Source of the DNA: Eledone cirrhosa
Taxonomy: Eukaryota
NCBI GenBank assembly: GCA_964016885.1
Contig: OZ024742.1
Coordinates: 239,134,001-239,198,000, forward strand
DNA length: 64,000 nt
Direction: 5' to 3'
Shown: one piece after another, positions 51,349 through 64,000 of the stretch
How positions within the stretch are numbered: the first letter of the stretch is position 1
Layout of the letters: every line of letters starts with the position of its first letter
The notes under the pieces: model-generated
Database searches by the model: none
What the model saw: only the letters and a program-made list of their open reading frames with translations
Told to the model about the DNA's origin: nothing
Position numbers and translations under genes: made by a program

Positions 51349-52514
51349 TATATATATATATATATATATGTATATTCCTTCCACATACTGTACCGATTAT
51401 GCTGTTATTTCTGTTTACCTTTTACATACATATATATAATGATTTTTTAATTTTTGATCCATTGAGTACTTTGTTATTATCTCAAACAAATCGAATAGTA
51501 CATGCTGTACAACAGCTAAAACTTTCATTTACAACTATTATAGTTTATTCTCCTAGACTCATGTATTCGATCAATGACAATTTAGTTATATTTAGTTATC
51601 TTTCGTTTACAAATTCTAGTGGAGCGCTTTGAATTTTGAGGCTGTGAGGATTCTTTTGTTTTCACATCCAAAAATAACCACCAACATTTCGACTGCTGTG
51701 ACCTCCTTTTGAGAAAAGTCACGTGACGACAGACTGAATTACTACTGCAAGTGTTGGTGAATCTGTTGCCATAAAGAAATTTGGATAAGGATGAGACCTG
51801 GGCAGACAGGGTTCTAGTTTGATCATAGTGGTACATGTATTACCTGTATTGCATGTGTATTGTATAACTTGTTATATAACTTCCAGGGATCCCAGAAACC
51901 TATCTGAGATTTTATTAATTATATCGATTTTAATCAATCAGAGATGGTCCAGGTTAGTTAAAATTTTTTGTATCTATCGTAGTTATGCTATATGTATAGC
52001 TGGTGCCTTTGGTCGATTTACTCTGGACCTAATGTTTTTAACTTTCGATCCATTGAGTGTTTTGTGATTGCCTCAAACAAATCAAATAGTACTTGCTGTA
52101 CAACAGCTAAAACTTTGATCTACAACTTTTATATATATATATATTATATATATATATGGAGGCACATGGCTTAGTGGTTAGAGCATTGGCCTTGCAATCA
52201 AAAGGTTGTGAGTTCAATTCTCAGACCGGGTGGTGTGTTGTTTCCTTGAGTAAGACACTTTATTTCACATTGCTCCAGTTTACTCAGCTGTAGAAATGAG
52301 ATGATAGGGACTGGGGTCCATATCATTCCGCTGCAAAGTGGTCGTGTAGGCGCCACGGAAAAAAAGCACCCAGCACTCACTGTAAATGAGGTTAGTGTTA
52401 GGAAGGGCATCCAGCTGTAGAAATCAAGCCAGAATCAGTTACCGTTCCACCCTTGCAAGCAGGGAAAAAGCAGACGTAAAATGAAATGATGAAAAATGAT
52501 GTATAATATATATA

Positions 52515-54512
52515 TCATCATCATCATCAACGTTTAACGTCCGTGTTCCACGCTTGCATGGGTTTGGACGGAGGTATTCCCACTTGAGGCAAGAGTGATT
52601 GTCTTGCTCGCATAGGACTGTCTGGCAGGTTTTCTACAGTTGGATGCCCTTCCTAACACCAACCACATTTACAGTGTGGGTCTGGGAGGTTTTTACCGTG
52701 TTGCCTACACGGCCACATTACAGCGTGGACTGTGTGTTTTTTTGTCGTGACACCTACACGATCTCATTTGTTTCGGCCTGGATGGCGCGGCACCAACATA
52801 ACTTTACATAGAACGGGGTGGTGTGGATGGGGTGCGGGTGGTGGGACGGGGTGTATTTTGTTAGAGATGCCTACTGGCTGTAGTAGGTTTTACTATGTAT
52901 TTAGGTAAGGCGGGTCGTCTCTGTTACTGAGTACCGCCAAAGGTCTCGGTCCAGTGACATTGTCTTGGAGAGGTGTAAGTGTGTGAGGTCGGAGTTCATC
53001 AGCTCGTCCCAGGTTTTTCTAGGTCTGCCTATTCCGTGGCTACTGTCTATCTTTATTGCCCTGCACTTTGTTATACAGCTATCGACCTTCACGCGCATCA
53101 CGTGTCCACACCAACGCAGCCTTCTCTCGAGTAAACAACATCTGATCCCTCTTATTTCTAATTTTTTCCTTAGTTTGTTTATGCTTTGCCGTTCACGTAT
53201 ATTACTGTTACACATCCATATATATATATATATATGTATAATATATATATATATTATATATATAGTCCTATATGAACGAGACAAGATCACCCTACCAAAC
53301 TTGCCTCAAGTGGGACAACTCCCGTCTAACCCATGCTAGCATGGAAGATGGACGTTAAACGAAGATGATGATGATGATATGTATAATATATATATATATA
53401 TATGTATAGATATATATTAAATATGTGTGTGTGTATATATATATGTAAAACCTACTACAGCCAGTAGGCATCTCTAACAAAATACACCCCCGTCCCACCA
53501 CCCACACCCCCATCCACACCACCCCCTCCTATGTAAAGTTATGTTGGTGCCACAACATCCAGGCCGAAACAAATGAGATTGTGTAGGTGTCACGACAAAA
53601 AAACACACAGTCCACGCTGTAATGTGGCCGTGTAGGCAACACGGTAAAAACCTCCCAGTCCCACACTGCAAATGTGGTTGGTGTTAGGAAGGGCATCCAA
53701 CTGTAGAAAACCTGCCAGACAGTCCTATGCGAGCAAAACAATCACTCTTGCTTCAAGTGGGAATACCCCCGTCCAAACCCATGCAAGCGTGGAACACGGA
53801 CGTTAAACGTTGATGATGATGATATATATGTATATATATCTTTTGTTGACTTGGAGAAAGCCTTTGACAGAGTCCCCCGCTCCATTATCTGGTGGGCTCT
53901 TAGAAAACTAGGTGTCGATGAATGGCTTGTGAGAGCTATACAAGCCATGTATAAAGAAACAGTCAGCAAGGTTAGAATTAACAACGAATATAGTGAAGCG
54001 TATGTGATGTGATGCGTATGAAGGACAACAGCTGTATAAAAAAGTGCAGGGCAATGAAAATTGATGTAAGCTGCGGAGTGGGTGGACCAAGAAAAACCTG
54101 GGACGAGGTGATAAATGCTGACCATGCCCACCTACACCTCTCTAAGACAATGACACTGGATCGAGACCTTTTGCGCCATGCAGTTGTACAGAAGACCCAA
54201 CTACCATTGCATACAAACCTACAATCAGTAGGCACCTCTTAACTCAATGTACACCCCACTGCCACACCCTACCCCATCCTCCCTCTCCCGTTCTGTCCAC
54301 TGTATCAATGACACAACAGTCCACGCTGTAAGGTGGCTGTGTAGGAGACACAGTGAAAAGGCTCTCAGTCCATACTATAAATGTGGTTGATGTTAGGAAG
54401 GGCATCCTGCCAGAGACACTTCCGTGAGAGCGAGACATAGTCTCCCGACCATTCCCACATTAAATGGAACAAAACCGATAACCCATGCTAGCGTGGAAGA
54501 TGGACGTTAAAC
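52515..54512. mobile_element. Cluster of RTE 3' fragments: 52515-53218 (-), 53447-53822 (+), 53840-54512 (+, internally deleted)
   Basis: 52515-53218 is nearly identical to 30090-30790; 53447-53822 is the inverse of 52515-52895. Confidence 0.88.
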
Positions 54513-54515
54513 GTG

Positions 54516-54594
<79 letters not shown>

Positions 54595-57431
54595 CTGTTT
54601 TGCAGCATGAGAACCAGAAACAGGAGGTAATTGCGAGGCAGTGTGTTAGAGAAAATTGTGATGCCATTGGTAAGTGTGTCCGAGAAGTTGCCTTCACAGG
54701 CGCCGAAAGCAAAGCGGCATGGAAGAGCCATTATGAAAGATTACTGACTAAGGAGAAGGCATGGGAAAAAGAGACCATACCCTAAGTGGACCCCATATAG
54801 GGCTTAGCAGTACAAGTCTGCAGTGTATTAAGGCAATTAAAGATATAAAGACTTGGAAGGCAGCTGGCTCATCGGGAATAGTTGCCGAGATGTTGAAAGC
54901 ATCCGGGTCAGTAGGTCACACCGTAACCACACGTATTATAAACCAAGTAATACAAGATGGCATCATACCGAATGATTGCTGCAGCAGCATCATTGTCAAC
55001 TGCTACAAGGGTAAAGGCGATGCTCTAGATCACAGGTTCTCAACCCATTTAGGCCAAACGCCCCCCCCCCCCCCCAATTTTTCCATTTTTCAATATACTA
55101 CTGATTTTTATATCAGTAGATAACTAAAAAATTGATTAACAATATTCCATAGATGTGTGTATTATCTGATTATGTGTTGTATGTGGTCCTAGATGTGTGT
55201 GCTACCCGCTTCTGTTTTTTCTTTTCTTTTTTTTTATTTGTAATATTATTTATACAATAGGGAATAAATTAGATCTACATAGTGTTAACTCGTTGCGGTT
55301 GAGTCAATAATTTCAGACATGAAATACATTGTTATCGGTGAAGGAAAGCTAAGATTCTAACTGGCTGCGCTCAAAGTGTCTTTGACCGAGTTGACTGTGG
55401 GTTTTTCCATTTTTAGGATCTCAATTACCGCACAGACTATAGTTATGCTATCTGCGGTCAGACTATAGTTATGCTATCTGCAAGCTCATTCAAATGCATT
55501 CACACTGGTTGTCTCAAAGACAAACAAATATGGCTTATAAAACTTACCAAAATAAAGAGCCTTCCTGTGCCCCCCCCCCCCCCCCCCCCCCAGCTCCAAA
55601 CGCCCCCCGCCCCCCTAACGCGACCTTGCTCCCAAACGCCCCCCGGGGGTGCATATGCCCCCCATTGAGAACCTTTGCTCTAGATAGAGTAAACTACAGA
55701 AGTATAAAGCTGTTGGACCAGGTCATGAAAGTAACAGTAAGATTAGGGACCAAGTAAATTTAGATGAGATGCAGCTCAGATTTGTGTCAGGCAAAAGCAC
55801 CAATGATGCTCTCTTCCTTGTGAGGCAGTTACAGAAAAAGTACCCAGTTTAAAGTAGGCTGCGCTACCTAACATTTGTTGATATGGAAAATGCTTTCAAC
55901 GGAGTGCCCCGTGCCATAATCTAGTGGGCTCTTAGAAAACTAGTAGATGAGTGGCTTGTGGAAGCTGTACAAGCCATGTATAGAGGAGCAATTAGCAAAG
56001 TTAGGATTAGCAATGACTATAGCAAGGAATTTAGCTCTGTTCTTAGCCCTCTCTTGTTTATCATCATTCTACAGGCTATAACAGAGGAGATTAAGACTGG
56101 ATGCCCATGAGAACTACTGTACGCGGATGATCTTACACTCATAGCGGAATCTGGCAGAACTAGAGAAGAAATTCTAAACATGGAAACAGCGTCTAAAAAC
56201 AAAGGGTCTTAAAGTAAACCTGACAAAGACTAAGGTCCTAGTAAGTAAAAGAGAAAACAGAACCCTGATCCCTTTAGGAAAATGCCTTTGCTCAGTATGT
56301 AGGAAAGGTGTAGGTAGCAATCCTATCCTCTGTCCCAAAATGCAAACTATGGGTACACAAGAGATGTAGTGGGGTCTCAGGAAGTTTAACTAAGAACGTA
56401 CACTTTACATGCAGCAGCTGCACCAGGACAGTAAGTAGCAAACGACCACAGGAAACAAACACTATCAAATTCTGGGAGGGCTTGGTAGAAACAGTAGACA
56501 GCTTTTGCTACCTTGGTGACCAAATTAGCAGCGGAGGTGGGTGTTCTGAAAGTACAGTAGCCAGAGTAAGAATGGAATGGAAGAAATTCAGGGAGCTACT
56601 ACTGCTGCTAGCTGCAAAAGGCTTTTCCCTCAGAATGAAAGGCAGACTGTATGATGCGTGCATATGAACAGCAATGTTGCATAGTAGCGAAACCTGGGCA
56701 CTGTGTGCAGAAGACTTACGTAGATTGAAAAGAAATGAAGCTGGCATGCTCTGATGGATGTGTAATAGTAATATACATGAACGGCAAACCATAAACAAAC
56801 TGAGAGAGAAACTAGGCATGAGAGGAATCAAATACTGTGTGCAAGAGAGGAGATTATTTTGGTATAGACATGTGATGAGTATGAAGGATGACAGCTGCAT
56901 GAAAAGGTGCAGAGTGCTCAAAGATGATGGAAACCTTGGAGTTGTCCAGAAAGACTTGGGATGAAGTCATAAAAGCTGATCTTGCCCAATTGCACCTTTC
57001 AAAGGTGTTATGGTGTAATACAGAACATCTGACTTCCCACGGGCACAGACCGAAGGTGAAGCATATAGACAGTATGTACCATTCCATTTCACCCTCCCAT
57101 ACATCTCTCATGAAGACAGGTCAAAACACTATAAAGTGGTAGTGATGGTGACACAGTAAAAAGCACCCAGTCCACACTGTAAAGTGGTCATGTAGGTGTC
57201 GCAACAAAAAGCACCCAGTTCACACTGTAAAGTGGTCGTGGAGGTATCACGACAAAAAGCTCCCAGTACTCACTGTAAATGAGGTTGGTGTTAGGAAGGG
57301 CATCCAGCTGTAGAAACCAAGCCCAAATTAGTTTTGTATGAGCAAGACATGGTCACAAGACATGGTCACAACAGAACAACTCATCTAACCCATACCAGCG
57401 TGGAAAAATGGACGTAAAACGATGATGATGA
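54595..57431 (+). mobile_element. RTE LINE ORF2 plus 3' UTR, decayed, interrupted by a hAT MITE
   Basis: KAAGSSGIVAEMLK, YKGKGDALD|RVNYRSIKLL, LLYADD, PHD remnant, FCYLGD; (GAT)n tail. Confidence 0.92.
55031..55677. mobile_element. hAT-type MITE (647 bp)
   Basis: TIRs cacaggttctcaa / ttgagaacctttg; perfect 8-bp TSD ctctagat (55023-55030, 55678-55685); splits the RTE reading frame cleanly. Confidence 0.93.
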
Positions 57432-57452
57432 TATATATATATTATATACTAG

Positions 57453-58563
57453 ATCGAAAAATGCGGGTGCATGTGTATTAATATTCTTAAATAATAATAA
57501 ACCTGGAAAAGTACAGGACAAGTAGAATTAACTCTTGAAATATTGAAGCTGGAATTTGAATTTGATGAATTCAATGTACAGTAAAATTAGCAATGCAAGA
57601 GATAATAAGAAATAATAACGAATTAGGGGATTTATTAGATATTAAGTCATCAGTTTGCCTAAGTCAGGAATTATCATTTTGCCAACCAAATGCAATTAAT
57701 GTCATCAATCTTTTGTACATAAATTGTCAGTTCATTTAATTTGTCACTTTTTTTGTCCCTTTAGTGGGTTAATTATACTGTATTACTTTAAAAATTGACA
57801 CATTAAAAATTAATTGAAATTAATAGTAAAAAGTAATGAGCTAAATTTTGCATAAATTGTCATCATATTAAAATTATTAATCTAATTTCATTTAAAAAAA
57901 AGTTAAGCCAAAATTTGTCAAGATTGAATTACAGTTGACTCTCCCTAATTGTCAATGCCATTTTTGGTCCAACTTTTATTTTTTGTGACTCTCCCTAATT
58001 GTCAGTCATTTTTACAGTTCCTTTGAGTGACAATTAGAGATAGTCAACTGTATTTCAAAAAGAAAATTTAGTGATCAAGTGCGATATCATTCTGATTGAT
58101 AATCTGGATTACTGTTCCTTTCTTATGAGGAAAGCAGAGACTATCTTTTAGAGATTAGCACCAAAGATTAACTAGACTATTCCTAATGAATCAAGGTGAT
58201 TTCTAGATCGTTTCTAATTATTTAATTAATAATTAAAGTAAAAAATTATCTTGGTTGTCTTTAGGTCATTCTTGTGTTATTCTAAATCTATCCATGAAAG
58301 AGCTAGGAATGACCATTCCACATGCCAGTGCCGAAACGCTGGCACAGAAATGCCTGCACCGAAACGTCCTGTTCCATGCCATCTTAACAAATTTCACCTC
58401 CTTGTGATTAAGTGTGATGTCATAGGCTTATTATTGTACATTTAATTCATCAAATTCAAATTTCAGCTTCAATATTTTAAGAGTTAATTCTACTTGTCCT
58501 GTACTTTTCCAGGTTTATTATTATTTAAGAATATTAATACACATGCGCCCACATTTTTCGGTC
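57453..58563. repeat. ~130-bp inverted repeat pair (57453-57584 / 58431-58563)
   Basis: cgaaaaatgcgggtgcatgtgtattaatattcttaaat...aatgtaca is inverted at 58431-58563. Confidence 0.9.
57932..58050. mobile_element. Tc1/mariner-type MITE (119 bp)
   Basis: TIRs cagttgactctccctaattgtca / tgacaattagagatagtcaactg flanked by TA. Confidence 0.85.
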
Positions 58564-58914
58564 ATTTTTCAGCAAATTATTTTATTTAAATTACCTTGAC
58601 CATTTGCTAAAATTAATTTTTCATTTCAATATTTCTATAAAATCCAAAATATTAAAATTGAAAAGGTATTTTGTAGAATATAATCAATTTTCCTTTTCTG
58701 AACACCCTTACTACAAGCCTTCAGGTGTGCCCATAGTGACAAAGCTATAATTGACTATACTCTAATGATCAATTTAGAGTTTAACTTAACAAGTGAAGTT
58801 ATTAAAGATGCTAGAAAAACAAGCAATTAAAATAACTGAGTCAAAAATAAATAAAATTAAGTCGTAAATAAATAAAATGCCAATAAACAGTGAGCTCAAA
58901 TTCAACAATAATTT

Positions 58915-59110
58915 GTCCATAATTAGCAGTTAGTCCAAAATAAAATTAAGTAGTCCAGAATTAGCATTTAGTCCAAAATAAAATTATGTAGTCCAGAATC
59001 AGCATTTAGTCCAAAATAATCAGCAAGTAGTCCAAAACAAAATTAAGTAGTCCAGAATTAACAGTAGTTCTAATTATCAGTTGGTAGTCCAAGATCAATA
59101 GTCCAAAATC
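58915..59110. repeat. Short-unit tandem repeat (tagtccaaaa/tagtccagaa) just downstream of the Helitron ORF
   Basis: About 10 copies of tagtcca at 17-21 bp spacing. Confidence 0.85.
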
Positions 59111-59116
59111 AAAAAT

Positions 59117-62100
59117 CTAAATTTTTTCCATAAACAATACAACCACATTAGGTAACTTAGGAGGAAATTTATTGTGCCTTTTTTTGATAATGTTGTCACT
59201 AATTTCATCCCAATTTTCAGCACCACTTTTTACCAGACAAGTATAATGGCCTGCTGTAGATAATACTCCTTCATGAAGAATAGCAGCTTTTAATGTGAAA
59301 TTTGTACCATATATTTGCTGCTTTTTTGAGCTAAAGTTCATAATATCACAATTAATTCTTTGTTCTCCTTCATTATTAATAAAAAATCTACTAATTGAGA
59401 TGACAAGATATTTGAAATCGTTAGTAAATTCAATTCTTGAAGTTATTTGATGCTCAGTATTTTCAGAACAAGTATCACAGTATTTAGTCAAAGTATTTGT
59501 TGTTGAAAGTAGAGATTTAAATTGTGCCATTAATAGGATTTAATATCAAATCCTCTTTTATTTGAAATGGAAGTTCAGATTCTATACCACATCCAGGTCT
59601 TAAATTACAATTGCAAACATTGTTATTTAAAGCTTGGCAATTTGTTTGATGCAATCGGATGCATCTAGTATGATCAGTTTGAATAAATTGAAGTTTTTCT
59701 CTAAATACCAAGTCCAAATGTAGAGAGAGTTCTTTCCAAAATTCATGAGCACATTGCTGATTTCCATCATGAAATCTTCCTCCAATTATTCTTCTTAAGT
59801 TAGAGACATTATTATGATTATTAAAAATGATATTGCTTAATTCTTGATGTACTCCATTCATTTTGTGAAAATTATGCAAATACTCTACAAATTCAGGCAA
59901 TTGATTCAGTGATTGCACAACTGAATTTGCAAAACAAGCATTTCTTTGGTTGATCAATTGATGTTTAGGGATTAAAGTTTGGCTGTTTTCATTTCTTTTT
60001 GTAGGTTGGTTTGAATTTTCTTCCAAATTAAGTCTTTTAGTTCTTTTCTTGGGCATGCTAGAAGCATTTGCCATGCAAGGAGGCTTTTTCCTGCAAGGTG
60101 GCAATGGAGGCAAATCTGCTCTTCCAGTACTAGCCCGTAGTTTGTTGTACTCTTCCCATGCAGATTTGTCAACCATGATCAATGATCTTGGATCAAAGTC
60201 ACAGAGATACACATTGCAAAGTTTTCTGGCTCTTGAAAGAGCCACATAAGCTTGACAATCAGAAAATATCTGATTTCCTAAATCAGCAATTATTCCATCC
60301 ACAGAAATTCCTTGTGATTTGTGAATTGTTATAGAGTAAGCAAGAGACAATGGAAATTGTGTTCTGGTGACAAAAACACCAGGAGAAATTTCATAGTCTG
60401 CTTGAACTCTTCCAATGGAAATGGGTTTGTCCTTTTTGGTATCAAAAGACACCAAAATTTTGTCAACATTGCTTCCATTCCCAATTAATTCAATAATTGT
60501 TCCAATAACACCATTGCATAAGCCTTGATCTACATCAATGTTTCGTTTCAACATCACTCTTGCTCCAATTCCAACATTTAGCAAAGTTTCTAGTCCAGCA
60601 GTATCAGAAGTTTTCTTGTTTTTGCCTTTTTCAACATTTTTCTTTTTTCTTCCATTTACTTGTCTCATACCAGAATCTTTTGCAGCAAGTTTCACTGCAT
60701 TTATATTGCATTTTTTAATCATTTCATTATTCAACTCATCAACAGCTTCATTCAAAGGAATAGAATACAATTCAATCAATTTTTTAGCAATTTCTTCAAC
60801 AGATGCTTTTCTATCAGGAAATAGGCATCTTTTTTTAAGAATGCTAATATCAGAGTCTGATGGGGAACCAATCCTAATTCTTCCCAAAATATCAACATAG
60901 TTGTCTTTGTCTTCTTTTTGTCTCATATTAATGGTTAGCTCATCATATTGAAAGTATTTCCACAATGAATGCCCACTAATGCCAATTTCTGTTTTGGCAT
61001 CATATGATGAAATTCTAGAAAATACTGGTTTTTCATTTACAGGTGGCAATTGCATCAAATCACCAAACAAAAGAAGATTCATTTTTCCAAAAGGATATGC
61101 CATATTTTGGGGATCTCCAAAAATTTCATCAAGCCTTTTGTGAATGAATGCCAGCATCAAGTGATTAACCATGCTAATTTCATCAATTATGAACAATCTG
61201 GCTCCTTACATATGGCATAACATTTTCAAGTCCACTTTTTGCAATTCCTTGTAAGTTGGAAACTTTCCATGCTGAACTCCAATCATTAGAGTTCTGTGTA
61301 GAGTATTTCCTTTTATTTGAAATGCACTCATGCCTGTTGGTCCACATATTATGACAGGAGTTCCATTAGATAGGTCAGTCATTAGAGTTATTTTGTCAGA
61401 CAAATTGTCAATCAAGAAACTTCATTGTAAATTTGTTTTTGATCTTCATTGAGTTGAGCTTCATTGAGTTGAGCTTCTTTTTCAGCCACTGAATCATCAG
61501 TTACATTTCTTTCCATTTGATCTTCAGTTAAACCATCCACAATTTCATTTTCATCATTTGGTTCTTCAATTACTTTTCCTTTACTTTCTTTTTCTCCTTC
61601 AATTTCCAATTGTTTTGCCAAATCAATAGAATCAGCAATTCTTTTTTTAATATTTTCATACTGAGCCATAGCTGGTAATTCTGAAAAACAATTTTGAAAT
61701 GCTTCTTCATAGGAACTGAAACCACTCAATAAATCAATTTCCTCATTTCTCCAAGGCTTAAAAAGCATGAGAATATTGTGGTAATAGCGTTCCTTGTTTT
61801 CTTTGTTTAGAGGCACATTTGGAGTCTTGACAACTTTTTCTTTGCCTTTTTTAAAGTAGCCTTTCTTGTTTGTCATAATCATTTTTTTTGCTTCTTCTTT
61901 TTCCTTAGGTGGATATGAAACCTTTTCATATTTACTAGCAACTTCATATAATGAAGTTTCTTCCAAAAACAATGGTCTATTGGAATAATAATTTTCCACC
62001 ATATTTTCATGAAATATATTTGTGGATTCTTGTGGCATTTCTTGCAATTCTTGTTTTGATTTGATCCTATGGCTCCTTTTGCTAGGAATATTAGCACCAA

Positions 62101-64000
62101 GCCAAATGACCTGATCAGATGAACCAAATAAATGGTGTCCTAACAACTTATCAGCACTCTCATATGCTCCAATGTCTCTTTTCCAATGAGCTGAAGACCA
62201 GCTGATTTGTATCTTCCATATTTTGATCTAGTTTCATCCAAATTTTCCCAAACACCTTCAGCCTCATTCTTTTCAGCTTTAGTTTGGTAATTAGTGACAT
62301 ATCTTGTCAAAATCATACTATTTTCTCCAATGCATTGAACATCTACATTGGCTTGCCAAATCAAAAGAAGTAAAGGATTATAATCATTGATATATTTTTC
62401 AGATGATTTTCTTTGAAGTTGATACAATTTCTTGACACCTCTACCATTTTTTCTTGATTTTACACTTTCTGCCACAGTAAAGAATTTGAATTCTCCATCA
62501 GACTTTGGAAATCCAAATCTACACTTTTTTGCAACATTTTTCCCTCTGCCATAAACTCTCCAACAAGTTTTTGTGCATGAATGCACTTGAAATCTAGACA
62601 CCAAATTATGCAATGTGGGGCTAGATACAGAAGAAAGCATTCTGCAAGTAATATGTTGCTCAATGAATTGTTGAATTTTTTCTGGAGGGTCCTTGTCATA
62701 AATGGGTGCCTGATCACACCAGAGCTTCATATGGGTGTGCGGGGCACCCCTTTGTTGATATTCAATTCTCCAGAAATAATGTGAAACTTTACCAAAAATT
62801 GGATTATTTTTTGCCAGAAACACTTATGATAGCATTTAACCTATGGTAAAATAATTCACTAACAGCAACAACATCATTGACACAAAGTGTGCTGGTATTG
62901 GCTGTTTTGACATTTGCAATATCACTATTCAATTTTTCCAAATATTCTCTCAAATCTGGCCAACAATATTCTGCACATGAAAGTGTAACAAACAATGTTG
63001 CAGGGCCAAATTTTTCATCCATAGCATGGAGGTCCAATGCCTTTCTATTCCAAAATTGTTTTGAACCCCTGACATTTGCTATCATCATTGAGAGGTTGCC
63101 TTCAAGAGCTTTGTCATTATTTTGTATTTTTTGGTCATTTTTCCTGATTTCATTGACTTCATAATGGCAAAAATTCCAGCATCCAAACCTCTTTTGTCTG
63201 CTTTGTCAACATTGTACAAAAGATATTGGATGTTTCTTCTAAATCTAGGGTCAGAATGCCTAAGTCTGTTCTGACAAACATATGAGGCTTGACATTTCCA
63301 AATTGTCTATCTTGAAACATTCCATTTTTCCCTGTAGGAAACAAAATGGGAAAGCACATCATATCCAATTTTGGATTGTTATCTTTCATTAAATCTCCTT
63401 CCGATAGTCAACAAATGATCAGAATCTTTTGTGCAGTTCTGTCCAGTACACAAAACAATGTCATTGAGATCATTTGTTGTGTCAATTTCAATGTCTTTGT
63501 AAATTTCATTGTTTTCTTTAAGCCAATATAAAGTGCATCCAAAACATTTTGCATATTTACTAATGATTTCCAAATTATTTTATTTTTAGTTGGCAATGAG
63601 TCAACAACAATTTCCAAAGAATTGTGTTCTTTTGATGGTAAAGTGTCCATAACATGATTAATGGTATTTTCCATAGGAATTGGCAAATGAGTTGCTATTC
63701 CTTTGATAGCAGGCAACATTTGGGAGGATGGTCCTTTGAATTTGAATCCTTGAACAAGCTTTATCACATTAATAAAGCATTTGGCTCTTTGTATCAAAAT
63801 TTGTTCATAAATATTCAATTTTGCTAATTCCTTAGGAATTTTTTCAACTTCAAGACCATTGATTGAAGCCAGTAAAGGAATTGTTCCTATTTTCAAATAA
63901 GATTGGCAATTGAGACACATAGTACATGGCAAAGTATAATTTTCTTTAATGATTTCAGGAACTTTTTCATCCCATTCAGTCAAATTTTTCAAATCACTGT
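59117..64000 (-). pseudogene. Helitron2/Helentron-type RepHel pseudogene (HUH Rep, PIF1 helicase, C-terminal USP/peptidase C19 domain); continues beyond the window edge
   Basis: CFPILFPTG; VRGSKQFW...DLHAMDEKFGPATLFVTLSCAE; YFWRIEYQQRGAPHTHMKLW (HUH); YVTNYQTKAE; FIIDEISM, FGDLMQLPPV, ELTINMRQ, GARVMLKRN, GLCNG, QFPLSLAYSITIHKSQG, YVALSR; then NACFANSVVQSL, QQCAHEF and HEG..TAGHYTC..W..ISD; several frameshifts and an in-frame stop. Confidence 0.93.

Noticed and set aside
59117-59965. Host USP gene independent of the Helitron
   Set aside because: Intronless, in frame with the helicase, same composition, and no separate start or promoter visible.

Overview
AT-rich eukaryotic genomic DNA, dense in (TA)n microsatellites and transposons. 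The SINE/LINE repertoire suggests a mollusc, probably an octopus or other coleoid (inference only). The only host coding sequence I can support is a 38-codon first exon of a TTC17-like gene at 21950-22063 (+), too short for the ORF track. No second exon was recognised, so the rest of the window is probably intron 1. Nearly everything else is transposon-derived: many RTE-clade LINE fragments (with a PHD-type finger inside ORF2), CR1, a CRE-like element, Penelope-like elements (PLEs), a DD37D-type Tc1/mariner, hAT and Tc1 MITEs, tRNA-derived SINEs and non-autonomous Helitrons. Three things stand out. (1) A decayed Helitron2/Helentron-type RepHel at the right end has a ubiquitin-specific protease (USP/peptidase C19) domain with intact catalytic motifs fused after its PIF1 helicase. 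(2) About ten minimal hammerhead-ribozyme motifs with palindromic stem III occur, mostly in fold-back elements inserted in (TA)n, including a back-to-back pair of intact hammerheads at 23582-23798. (3) An in-frame Helitron-Penelope chimeric ORF lies at 1806-2603. All calls are by eye; boundaries of decayed elements are approximate.
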